A stretch of 62,943 bases of DNA, filler included, from Hausera hauseri (lineage: Eukaryota), in NCBI GenBank assembly GCA_046269625.1. It is 11 parts of 11 records of this genome, joined end to end, with 100 filler letters (N's around TTAATTAATTAA, not from the genome) between each part and the next. Parts side by side here need not be neighbours in the genome. Positions count along the whole stretch, not along the records: positions 1 to 5,605 come from JBJURY010222410.1; positions 5,706 to 10,024 come from JBJURY010637330.1; positions 10,125 to 16,293 come from JBJURY010131095.1; 8 more parts are not named here. The stretch is one strand, 5' to 3'. Positions within the stretch are counted from its first letter, which is position 1. Each line of letters starts with the position of its first letter. The notes under the pieces were generated by a model. The model was not told the DNA's origin and ran no database searches. It saw only the letters and a program-made list of their open reading frames with translations. The position numbers and the translations under genes were made by a program. Shown here in pieces: positions 1 to 10,990 of the stretch.

Positions 1-185
1 CGTATTGACATTAGAAAACACGTCGTAGCCTGCATAGTTTTCCGTAACACGTCTCGATACAGTAGCACTTTTATCTGTCAAAATAATCTTTACATCGTCC
101 ATTATCATTATTATAATACTAATATTAAAACTACGCGTATATTTATACTCGTTAATTGGGTTTTTAAAGAGAAACAGTAAAACAT

Positions 186-431
186 TTATTGATAATTAAA
201 ATATGCTTCGAATATACGCCAAACCGGGCTTTTGACATCGTCTTTTTCTCTATATCTTTGCAATTCAATATTAAGTCTATACTTTAAATCATCATCATTT
301 AGACATTTCTCGACCAATAAAATCAGTTTTGTTTTTACGGCCGGTAAAACGATAGATTGCTGTTGTAAGGCCGTTTCGTTCAACTTTAAATCGACGTTTA
401 ATTGACGCAAAGCATCAGTGCGTTTATCCAA
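186..431 (-). CDS. Hypothetical Polinton accessory protein (fragment)
   Basis: 81-aa ORF with protein-like composition inside the Polinton gene block; no motif recognised. Confidence 0.3.
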   Translation of the reverse strand: MDKRTDALRQLNVDLKLNETALQQQSIVLPAVKTKLILLVEKCLNDDDLKYRLNIELQRYREKDDVKSPVWRIFEAYFNYQ

Positions 432-833
432 ATTTTCACTTGACAGCCGTTTTGCATGATAAATGTAAATGACACCGGATCATTCAAGGAAAACTATACG
501 GGCGTTTCAGAAAATGCATTTCATACTTTCGAAAAAGTTATTTCGGTAAAAATGCAGGTTTTGACGTGCGGACTGCTTTAATTTTCATTTGCGTATTCTA
601 CTATCGGCCACTTGCCGTTTTAGTAACGTTTTTACTGATTGCTGGACAGGTTCTGTTTTCGGTTTTAGAACTTCAACATTGTCCTTCTCGCCAGCAAACA
701 ACCATGATCAATCTGAACTCTCATTGTCATTGTCACCACTGAGTAGTATCGTTTTATCGTCTTCTTCCATAGTAATAGTGTCTGAACGAACGTGGGAGTG
801 GTACCTATAGTTCGTTGTGCAGAGTACATTATT

Positions 834-1282
834 TTAATTCACTAAAACATTTATATGGTTTTTAATTTGATCAACAGTCGTTTCATAGTCCATTGTCGGA
901 ATACCGAGTATGACAATTGTTTTACTGCTAAACGCATTGACACAAAGTGGGCAAAATAATATCAGTCTCAGTGCAGGAAACAATTTGGGTTCATATGTAC
1001 ATTCAGTGGCCATTGCTAATTTGTACAGATTAATTAATGGACAGTCTAACTCAGTCATTACCGTTACACATTGAATTTGGTCAATGACAATTCCGAATGG
1101 TAGTTGTTGTTTACTGTTGTCAGTTGTGATTGGTCTGCGACAACCCATAGTACGACACTTTCCCGATTGAAATATTATGCACGTAAACTCCGGTGGACAT
1201 ATTGCCTCGGCTTCCATTGATTAAATGGTAATGCGTCGATACACTCGGTAGCAGGTCCGCGGTAGTTGATATTGGTTAACAT
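834..1282 (-). pseudogene. TATA-binding protein (TBP)-like protein, one frameshift near 1190-1215
   Basis: Two TBP pseudo-repeats: MLTNINYRG...FTCIIFQSGKCRTMG (cf. TALIFSSGKMVCTG) and IQCVTV...INLYKLA...YEPKLFPALRL...PLCVNAFSSKTIVILG (cf. IQNMVG...IRLEGL...YEPELFPGLIYRM..PRIVLLIFVSGKVVLTG). Confidence 0.8.
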
Positions 1283-1364
1283 TATGGAAACGGTGTTTAC
1301 ACTAAAAATATTTATATGTTGCTGGCGTGAATATAAACAAAACATGCGAGAAAGGTCCATTAAC
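1283..1364. promoter_or_regulatory. Putative bidirectional promoter with back-to-back TATA boxes
   Basis: TATAAA on the minus strand at 1311-1316 and on the plus strand at 1332-1337, each about 28 nt from the ATG of the TBP-like gene (1282) or the ATPase (1365). Confidence 0.55.
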
Positions 1365-1990
1365 ATGAAACTGCAGAATAGTGCAATCTTCAAGAGTGTA
1401 GACCTTAGTGGAAGTGGTAAAGCACACTTTGTAAATTATTGCACAACTACTGTGACGTATTCCATTCAGTGATTCAATTACATTTACTGGCATCAGGGTG
1501 CTAGTGGTGATGATGGAGTTCGGTCTGACAAATGAGGAATTTTGTCAATTAAAATCGACAACGGTAATAGATGGGTTTGATGAGAACTGGTCTGAGATTA
1601 CGCAGCGGTGACATTATTGTCATTGACGATTTATTCCCGGAAGCCGCGAAACAAACCGACTTCAACAACCTGTTACGAATATTGCACGACACCGTGGTGT
1701 GATGGTTATTTTCATTACGTAAAACATGTTCCATCAAGGCGGACAGCATAGAACACGAAATCTAAACATACACTATTTGGCACTGTTCAAAAATTCTCGT
1801 GATCAGACACAGATTATGTTTCACGACAAGCATTTCCTCATAACCGGGTCTACTTAATCGATGCATACCATGATGCCACGATCAAGCTGCACGGATACCG
1901 GCTTATCGACTTTACACAACAGTGTCCAGATGGCATGCGTGTACGAACAGAAAAGTGTATGTCTATAAACAAATTGGAAAATTGACATGA
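1365..1990 (+). pseudogene. Polinton DNA-packaging ATPase (A32/FtsK-like), frameshifted
   Basis: Degenerate Walker A LSGSGKAHFV, Walker B IIVIDD, then RNLNIHYLALFKNSRD and AYHDAT..HGYRLID...MRVRT, typical of Polinton ATPases. Confidence 0.85.
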
Positions 1991-2242
1991 TAGTACTGAT
2001 AAATGAAGAATTTCCGTAAAACTCTTAAGCGTAAACCTACCAGTGTCCAAAAAGAAACGTGCATCAACTACAGCAAAATGTAATGCTACAGTTAAGCGAT
2101 TAATCAATTTTGTGCTTCGAACAACATCAACAGCAGTGAGGCGCAAATTACCTTCAAAGCGGCAACGATTTTAAACAACTACGCCAACGCATCAATATTC
2201 ACCGATGAAACTTGCGTTTCAAACGTAGTCAACCATACTTTA

Positions 2243-2540
2243 TTGCTTTGCTTAAAGCACCTTCGAGACAAACGAATTATGCTACGATCATTCTCGCAAT
2301 TCGTAGTGGACAATTTAATGGAAATTTTGTACAATATTGTTGTGGGCCATGTAGACATTGGTAGCGGAAAGCGGAATTTGCTAAAGTATCGAAAACGACT
2401 CACTGGCGTTGCCTACGCTCGTAGTAAACGACTGAAACGAGGTCATGTACCAGCAAGATGGCGGATTTATTGGCGCAATTCTACCGGTTGCCATGTCATT
2501 ACTGGGTGCTATCATTGGTGGCAACAGCACCATAGTATAA
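2243..2540 (+). pseudogene. Small basic Polinton core/structural protein with C-terminal QxGGF + hydrophobic helix
   Basis: EILYNIVVGHVDI...KYRKRL followed, after a frameshift, by YQQDGGFIGAILPVAMSLLGAII*, matching the conserved small ORF next to the ATPase in Polintons. Confidence 0.7.
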
Positions 2541-2640
2541 ACAATGAATGTATGTTGTTTTGGCTGTATGGGTACATGGTTTTCATCATTTTGTCCCACT
2601 TTATCGAACACTTCATTGATTTTTCGTTCTAATTGTTGCA

Positions 2641-3696
2641 ATGCAAACAAAAACGACATCGGCAACACCGATAACGATGGACGTATGCTTCGATCCACCT
2701 TATCCCGTCGGGCATAGTCGCGTCTACAAACGGGCAAAGACTGTAGGACACAGTTGACGACAAACCCAACAGTGACTCGGGAAGCAGTTGGCATACAGCC
2801 TGAACAAATAGATAAGAAATCGGTTTCCAACTCGTGCATACCGTGCTGAAAGCGTAAATAATTTATGGCATATGGATCTGATCGGAATGATCCTGTACGC
2901 TAGCATTAATGATGGGTATCGGTACGTACTGACGCGTATTGATGTGTTTAGTCGTTTTTCACGTGCAATTGCCGTCAAATCAAAATCCGGTAAAGAAACT
3001 GCGGATTCCGTTCGCACAAATAAACCAACAACAACCGCTGAAGCATGTACAAACGAATGTGTAAAAAATTCTACAACTCTTACGTCGCATAGATCTCGAA
3101 CCGGTTTGGTGTAAACCACTACTCTATTTTCTCAATACGGTGCTGCACTCGTTGAACGATTTAATCGAACCCTACGCGGCCGACTGAACAAATTCTTTAC
3201 GAAACAATGCAATAAACGCTGGGTAGATGTACTGCCGGATATTATTCATGCAAACAATTATTCAACACATAGTGGAAACAACGAATTACGGTCGGTTGAT
3301 GTAATTGATGATTTGGATATTTGACTCCATTAAAACCGAACACGATAAGCCAAATTTAAACGTCCAAAATATAAAATTGGTGATTATGTACGTATTCCAA
3401 GGCTGAGTACAACACCATTCATCAAGAATTTCAATCAGAACTGGAACGATGACGTTTTTCGAATTTTTACAATTAACACAAAACAAACACCCGTTATGTA
3501 CGTTTTAGATGACAACGGTGAGGATATACGTGGTAAATTCTACGAACAGGAATTGCAGGTACTGTCTGAGAAACCCGATGTATATCGAATTCAGGAAGTT
3601 CTGCGTTTAAGTGGCAAAGGTTTGATTAAACAATATCTCGTCAAGTGGCACGGATACACCACATCAAGTTGGATATTTGCATCGAGGATTGAATGA
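2641..3696 (+). pseudogene. Polinton retroviral-type (rve/c-integrase) integrase with C-terminal chromodomain
   Basis: WHMDL...GYRYVLTRIDVFSRF, VERFNRTLR, KYKIGDYVRI, GKFYEQELQ, chromodomain YRIQEVL...YLVKWHGY..SSWI; several frameshifts. Confidence 0.92.
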
Positions 3697-4661
3697 GCGT
3701 TTATTTAATTCTTGACAGTAATAAAACATTATACCATAACAACAGCAGCAATACGGCCGAACGGTTTATCATGTACTTTGACCAGCCGCTCGATTTACGC
3801 CAGAGCGCGTGGGACGTGGCTTTGAAGGAATTCACATTTACATTTTCACCGATATCGATACGTGAGAACAGTGGTGTTTACTCTTGGCGGAAACTGCTTG
3901 AAGTCACAATTATACGCGGCAATATTTCCCAATTTATAATTTTTTAAACAATCGTTTGCTTCTAAAACACCGATACCTAATTGAATTGTAATTTAAATCA
4001 ATAGCAGATGCTCAGGCATTGGATTTTCAATCTGTCAATGTGCGCTCGAAGGGTCTGAATTTAGGTCGACATGTCATAGCTAGTGAAAGAAAATTGAACT
4101 TTTCCGAAAACATCAAAACCGACATTATGGGGAATTTGAAAATGACAAAATCAAGCTTTTACTCGCATACTACGGATACGGTTTACTGTTGGAATCGGAA
4201 ACAGAATGAGTGTATCCATCAGAGATGCGGCTAAATTGGCTCTAAAGACATTTGAATTAAACGTCGATGGTCGTAATTCGTTTACACTACATGATAATGT
4301 TACATATTTTGCCTTTGATGAACTATTGTCACGGAATCTGGGTTTTAAGAAACGAGAATTCGGTCAAACTGGCGGCGGGCAACCTATTCATCGAATCAAT
4401 ATTTTAACGCATCTAATTGAACCCCTATATGTTGGCGGATACCGTAAACAAATATTGGCTTCTATTGGACTGGATTCGGACACGTACAAAACACAGGGCA
4501 AAATTGCTCATGTACATATCATCCGGCCCATATATTTACTGTTGTCTCACAATGTTGTGCACAGTATTTCCGTGTATATAGTACACGAATTTGGGAAACC
4601 TATTAAATTTCTGTTTGGAGCCAAGACAAATTTGATACTACATTTTCGTCGTCGTCGCTAA
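3693..4661 (+). pseudogene. Polinton minor capsid (penton-like) protein, disrupted
   Basis: N-terminal YLILDSN...NTAERF...LDL...WDVALKE and C-terminal IEPLYVGG...PIYL...GKPIKF...LILHFRRRR. Confidence 0.8.
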
Positions 4662-4823
4662 TAAACAAACTGCGTCATCAGCATCATCATTATCATCGAG
4701 ATCATGAGTAAAAAGAAAAAACTCCACAAATAAATAGAAATCTATTCACAGAGTATAATGTACGTCTGAGTTCATGTCTTTGTACAATCATCAGTCAATA
4801 ATCATATTATATTTAGGATCAAA

Positions 4824-5300
4824 TTATCCATGAGCTCCAGTATATATGCCATCATGTATAATCAGTCTTTTGTCATCAAAGGGACTGAAGGATTTCTTGT
4901 ACTGATCAATTGTTGTGACAAAATGACGTTGGGACCGGATAGATTTCATGGCTGAAAGCAACACTGTTTCATTTTTCAAGGAGTCCACATAATCATCGAA
5001 TGTTATATGATAGGCCAATGTACACCTTTTTTACACTTTTGTACACCTTTTATTCTTTTTTAACATGTCCCTCTGCATCCACGGTGTACATTTTCGGTCC
5101 CAATCCAACAAATTTTGGTATTATTTTGCTACCGACCTCATCCTTGAATTTCCCCAATACTTTCTTATTTACCACTGAATAATTTATGTGGTCTTTTGGA
5201 TAATCCGAATTGTCTAAGTAACAAGCCAAATGAAGAAAATCCATGATTACGTCTTCCATCTGAATGTGTTAGATGAATGAATCTGTATCCATGTACATTA
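4824..5300 (-). pseudogene. Protein-primed DNA polymerase B, C-terminal fragment (family 2)
   Basis: [44 protein letters not shown]; truncated at the 5' end. Confidence 0.88.
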
Positions 5301-5605
5301 ATTGAATCTTTTGCTGATAACGTAAGTGCATTACACTCTAATTGAATTAGTACAGGAGCGTTTTTGATAAATCCAATATGCTCATGTCGACTCAAATTGG
5401 CTTGTCGAACTTGAGTGCCGTTCTTGCCATGCAAATACTCACAAGGTTTTGGTATAAATATCACTATGAAGGAAATGGGGCTTTGCAATTAATTTCTTTG
5501 CTCTCAAATTTTAAAGGTTAAAAAAATGGCGAAAACTTTGTTAAATCTGAAAATTATTATGGGAAATGACGTAATAATTGAAAGCTGTTATTGCGTAATT
5601 TTAGT

Positions 5606-5705
5606 NNNNNNNNNNNNNNNNNNNNNNNNNNNNNNNNNNNNNNNNNNNNTTAATTAATTAANNNNNNNNNNNNNNNNNNNNNNNNNNNNNNNNNNNNNNN
5701 NNNNN
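5606..5705. other. Artificial contig-joining linker (N44-TTAATTAATTAA-N44). Identical linkers at 10025-10124, 16294-16393, 25933-26032, 31606-31705, 36202-36301, 43641-43740, 49013-49112, 53769-53868, 58049-58148
   Basis: Ten identical 100-nt spacers containing a six-frame-stop 12-mer; the sequence on either side is unrelated. Confidence 0.98.
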
Positions 5706-5903
5706 ACGTTTTCTTAGTCATCATTTAATATGAAGTAAATTAAATAACTATATAAAACAGGACGAAACGTGTCGGTGAACAAATATATATTATTGTGACA
5801 TAACAACAATCAAAATCACAAGATTTCAGGAATTGTCACAGTGTACAAATGACTGTAACTGTCTGCCTCGAATCGTCGGAGCGCACAAGGAATCACGCGT
5901 GTG

Positions 5904-8900
5904 TTATATCAAACACCAATGCCCATACGTCCAACTTTTATTTCGACCCACCCACTTTCTGTTATCAACATTATATGACAAAGGGATTTTCGTGTTTGTT
6001 ATAATATACAGCTGATGCTCAATCAATCGTTTGGTCGTTTGACACACAGCCACTGATTGTCCTCATCCTCCTCCTTGTCGTCCTCCGTCTTCTTCTTCTT
6101 CTTCTGCTGCTTCATAGATATGGCGATAATCACCGTGGCTTATTTCCGTCTGAGACAGCTGAACACCTTTTGCGCGAATTTTTGATCCATAGTCCGTCAG
6201 TAGACTGTAGCACTTTGTGCGCAGTATATCCACTCTCGGTACTGAACGCGGCATTCGCTTTCATCCTTAAAGCAGCCGATTTTTTCGTGATGGCGTTGAT
6301 ATATAGCGGATGATTCTGCGGGTAATTGAGTGTGTCCAGTTGTCCATCTGCCATCATTTTCCTGAGCAGTTGGTCACGATTGACGTTTCTCAGCTCAGGG
6401 AAAAGCTGCCTGTGTCACTGGCAACGATACTGATCTTACAGCCGTCGAACATTTGCCGGTAACGTGGCAAGTCGCGATACTGGAGCTCGTACATTCGTAA
6501 ATTGCTCAGGTCCAGTACCACTTGTCCGATATAGCTTGGTTGGTCCAGTACAACTTCATCCCTGTTTAACAGCACGGCTATCAATCCATCGGCAATGTGC
6601 ATTGACCATCTGAACTGAGTCTTGCTGGTGTACGTTACTAGACGCTTTTCATTGTTACATAGAGGCACATTGAGTCGCTTTTTGAGGTTCTCTAACGTTT
6701 TGCCATAGAGAGAATTATTTTTCAACTTGCATTAGTCTTGTTCGAACTTTGTACAAGCTGTAGCTCGTTTTACTGAATTTCCGTCAATTTATGCTTGAAT
6801 ATCGGCACGTGATTGAATTTCATTGCGCGATGTAGCTGTGTGACGCGTACACCGAGCCGCATGTAGAACTGTAGCAGACGCCAATGGACAACGTAATTCA
6901 CCTTCAGTTCATGCTTCATGAGGAGTTTCTTCATCTTTGAGCCGTCGAGCGGATATTGGCTGATTGGTGGAACAGTTAATGGGTCCAAAGCGTCATGCAA
7001 CTCATCCGGTATAACGAGATCAACTTCCATCAGGTAGCCAAATGAGCTATTTTCTGCCGTGTCTGCTCTTGGTAAATTTTCCAATATTGCCTCCAGATCT
7101 TGCTTGTCCGTTAACCATTCAAACGAACCGTACGACAAGGGTTGAGAAAGCACCCAGCCGTACAGGTTATTAATGTCAATGTACAGCATTGATGTGGTGT
7201 TATCATCACTGGTTACGTGGTGCTTGTTGACAAATGTCATGCGGCCACGTATACCAACATCAAACATTCGGGACATTTTTGGGTCTTGCAACAGCTCAAT
7301 TTCCCTGTCCAGCGGCATTATTGCCGATGCCCAACTCATCCTTGATATGGAATAAAAGTTGAGCGGCTCCAGCCTATCTTCCACCAACGCCTTAGTCCGA
7401 AATATCTGAAACACGTCGGCCAGCAAGTACTCGTCCAGTTCCAGATACTGGAGCATGTAATCCAATAGGCTTCTGCATCCGAGCTCTGACCAATATTCCT
7501 GTGCTCTGCGATGTTCATCTTCTGTTATATTGAGCCACTGCGGCGGCAATTCCTCTGCTGTATGAAGCTGCTTGTACGATACAGCAAAGTCACACGGGAA
7601 TATGCCTTTGCTACGTGCAATATGCACCGGAAACGGCGTTGATGTTAACAGCACATCCGGCAAGGCATTTACCAGCTTTGCTAGAGACTCATTGAGGAAC
7701 TGTAATGAGTAAAGGAATCGCACCTAGAACCCTTTTATGTGTGCCGACAGAGACAGGTATTTCTCCATCGTTGTTGAGATTATGGACAGTTCCCACTGTG
7801 AAAATCCATTAATGGCCCATTTTAGAATATGGTGACAATCATAACCCCTGAAGTTATGAAATATCACCGGCAGGAATGGCCGAACATACTGTGCTAAACT
7901 GTATGAATTGCATGCTGCTCCCAGGTATCATCCGGTAAAGTGGTCGTGATCAGGCACTAGCCGTTCCTGTTTATCGAATGGTAATATTTTGTGGCACAGG
8001 TAGCATTTATCTGTGACTGCAAACGTAAGACGTTCGTCGTCTTTTGTCCAGATCAAAGGCTTAGTGCTGTTGTTACTGTATCACGGTGCGATTTTCGCTT
8101 CCACTATTGCCTCCAATTGGTGCAGAAAATCACATACACAGTTCCATCCGTGGAAAACGTAATACTGCGGTTGTCCGGTGGCTTTTATTGGTACTATCAA
8201 TATACCGACGGCGATTGGAATATGCTTTTGGTCATATACGTTGTGCCGCGGTAGAATTGCTTTAATATAGGCATAGACCACATATACTGGACTGTCCGTT
8301 TTCGACCAGTCACTGAATCTCAGCTCTTTTTTGACGGGCATAACGTACATTGTTGTTCCCGATACGTTTTGCCTGCATAGCGCAACGTGTTTGTCCTATG
8401 TCGCTTCTGATCTGAAGCCATGAAAACATATAGGGCACTATTTGAAGCGTATTTGTTTTTGGATGAACTGGTCATGGTCCATGTTCAGCAGTCTGTCCAA
8501 ATATGTTACGGCAACGTAATGAAAATTTTCTGCCTGCTCCAACAGCAACAGGTATATTGGACGTCGATTCGCGTTCCGACTTTGATATATTATGTCCACA
8601 TGAGGATTCTTGTACATTTTCTCATCTGCCGGTATTTCTATTACTGAGTTGTACCGGAAATCGTTGACTGACAGTGTCGGATTACGCCGTTCAAAAGCCG
8701 GAATGATTTTGACTTTCATCGGCATCCAGCTTTCATCAAAGTCCAGTTTGGAAAAATACTGACAATATTGTTTTGAACGATTTGCACGATTTCTTGGCAC
8801 TTTGTCATATTTTAATATGGCTAAAATACTGTAAAGAGAACAGTATTCGTCGCTATTATTTTTTACATTTACTACAATTATAGAGTAAGTAAATCATGTC

Positions 8901-9143
8901 ACTCCACTTTGTAATGACAAAGCCGAGAGTGACAATCTTTACAATTCGCCATCCACTACCCTTTTCCGTGTAGTTGGCGATTTTCTCCTCAAGCTTTTCG
9001 CCAATCTCAGCGATAAAATCCTCGGTATATAGTACACCTCGATGTGACAGGTACCATTGTTTCCTGTCGCCTTGCGAATTTTCGAATTCTGCAAGTGCAT
9101 AATATTGCACTTTGCAGTTGTGGTGGTGTTGAAATTTGTCCAC
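5904..9143 (-). pseudogene. Polinton protein-primed DNA polymerase B (family 1), multiple frameshifts and stops
   Basis: GSGW N-terminal region, exonuclease VVYAYIKA, DHDHFTG..CNS (EndoVII-like) block, motif A YIDINNLYGW, motif B KNNSLYGK, motif C SDTGSF, RAKGV. Confidence 0.93.
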
Positions 9144-9161
9144 TTCAGATTACAACCGGTT

Positions 9162-9854
9162 TTACACAATGGATGGAACATATCTCAATTGCGTTGTTGT
9201 TTTTGTTGTTGTTGTGGTCGCTGACATGTTCACTTCTATATCCACGTACGATTGTTTCAGATCGTACATGACAGTAATGCGTGGTTCCTCCTCCTGTTGC
9301 TCCCGTTCCTGCTGCTCCTTCTGCTGTTTTTGATTTCTGTTGTTTTGCAAGTATTTGTCAAGGCTTGTTAATGCCTGACATTTCCCACTTGTTGAGGGAA
9401 TACTGCTGCTGCTGTTTTTTGCTGCGTCCATTAATATTTGTTTTTTCGATCGATTAAACTGGTTTAAGTGGTCATGGTGCTGATTATAAAATTGTTCATA
9501 GTTGATTTGATCACCAGCTATAGAACAACCGGGACATACATAGGTCTGTTTATTGTGCAGCGTTGTTGTGATACCATAGTATTGCTTCATTGCACTATGG
9601 CAACCATCAACGTTGTGCACTTCACTGGTACAATAACGTGGGTATGTGGGGCAATGCGCAAGAATTATCTTCTTGGACCTCGTAAACGGCCCGAGATGAT
9701 GCTTGTGCATCTCGTAAAAGTCGGTGTACAGGCACTGGGTTGTTGAAGTATTGCATGTGGGACATAGAAATGTGTCCGTCCCCACAGCATAATACTTCGC
9801 CATCTGTTGATGGCACTGATCCTCATCCGCATGTATGCGATTGACGCAGTACAT
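9162..9854 (-). CDS. Cys/His-rich protein with two tandem copies of a putative zinc-binding domain; possibly the pPolB N-terminus
   Basis: Two repeats of YC-x4-H-x4/5-CH-x2-M-x2-YY...CP-x-C...FY-x2-H-x2-HL-x2-F-x-RSKK-x-IL. Confidence 0.65.
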   Translation of the reverse strand: MYCVNRIHADEDQCHQQMAKYYAVGTDTFLCPTCNTSTTQCLYTDFYEMHKHHLGPFTRSKKIILAHCPTYPRYCTSEVHNVDGCHSAMKQYYGITTTLHNKQTYVCPGCSIAGDQINYEQFYNQHHDHLNQFNRSKKQILMDAAKNSSSSIPSTSGKCQALTSLDKYLQNNRNQKQQKEQQEREQQEEEPRITVMYDLKQSYVDIEVNMSATTTTTKTTTQLRYVPSIV

Positions 9855-10003
9855 CGGGTATTGCGAACATTTCTGAATTCGAAATAATTTAAAGTAATGT
9901 TAAATTAAAAACAAATAAAAATATATTAATTATAAATAAACAAATTTAACTAAAACTCACACAGACGCTTGACTAAATCAGTTATAAACGTTTAGTAAAA
10001 CAT

Positions 10004-10024
10004 TACTAGTACTACTACTACTAC
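10004..10024. repeat. (ACT)n tract; possible Polinton terminus
   Basis: tactagtactactactactac at the contig end upstream of pPolB; Polinton TIRs often begin with (AGT)n. Confidence 0.4.
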
Positions 10025-10124
10025 NNNNNNNNNNNNNNNNNNNNNNNNNNNNNNNNNNNNNNNNNNNNTTAATTAATTAANNNNNNNNNNNNNNNNNNNN
10101 NNNNNNNNNNNNNNNNNNNNNNNN

Positions 10125-10990
10125 AGCCAGAGTATCAGCTTTCTCATTTCCTTGAATACCATAGTGGGATGGGATCCATTGTATAGTTACTCAATGATGA
10201 CTGCTAAGTCTTTCAGCTGTCAATTTTCTACTCTCAAGGGCTTCTAAGACCAATTTTTGCATCTGTGAGGAATATTACAGGATGTGAGCGAAACTCTGTT
10301 CTTGAGAGTTCCTCAGGTGCGACAATGATTGCTCTGACCTCGGAACTGTGTTTTCCTGTTTGAAGAAAGGAGGGCAGAATGTAGGACAGGCCTGTGTGCC
10401 CAATTCTTATCCCTTTGAAAATATAGTTGATTGTGATTTGAGTACTGACATTGGGGATTCTCGCATGATTCAGAAACGGTCTTGGTTAGTCCATTGCAGA
10501 TGTCAGTCACAAACGCAGCTCAAAAGACAAGATCCGCAGCGCCCATCAATGAAGAATATTGAGCACTGCGGATCTCAGGATATGCAATTTATATTTTGCA
10601 TGACGTGTGGACTACGTGCAAAAGTTGTTTTCAGGGATGATGTTCAGTTTCTTTGTATACACAAGGCCAGGCATATCTGGGAGAGCTGGTGATACTTCAG
10701 TCTCTTCATACTGTCTGTACCAACCTGTGATGCTGTTAACATCAGGAAGTTTTACGTGAGTCTTGAAATATTTTGTATTCGTTGAAATATTTTTCCACAG
10801 AATTAAAAGTACCCTTAGCAAACCGATACAAGTTTTACTAAATCAAATGAACCCTCATGTATACACTCTAAGAAGATCATCTATGATTTTCTTGCCCTTA
10901 GCCTATAAAATGAGAACCTCACAGGCCCAATTTTTGCCTATGGCTAATGGGAGTTATGCTGCTTATTATTGGTTTAAACTCCAGTGTCCT
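10125..10990 (-). mobile_element. Decayed non-LTR retrotransposon (RNase H-containing, I/Nimb-like) fragment
   Basis: Minus strand reads WIPSHYGIQGNEKADTLA at 10125-10180, the RNase H C-terminal motif of LINEs; upstream extent is approximate. Confidence 0.7.

Larger units (their letters stand above)
1..4661. mobile_element. Polinton/Maverick (adintovirus-like) fragment, decayed: TBP-like gene, ATPase, core protein, integrase, minor capsid
   Basis: Tightly packed, intronless, co-linear Polinton hallmark genes with frameshifts and stops. Confidence 0.9.

Noticed and set aside
5606-5705. Recurrent TTAATTAATTAA palindrome flanked by Ns
   Set aside because: Artificial joiner; gene neighbourhoods across linkers carry no biological meaning
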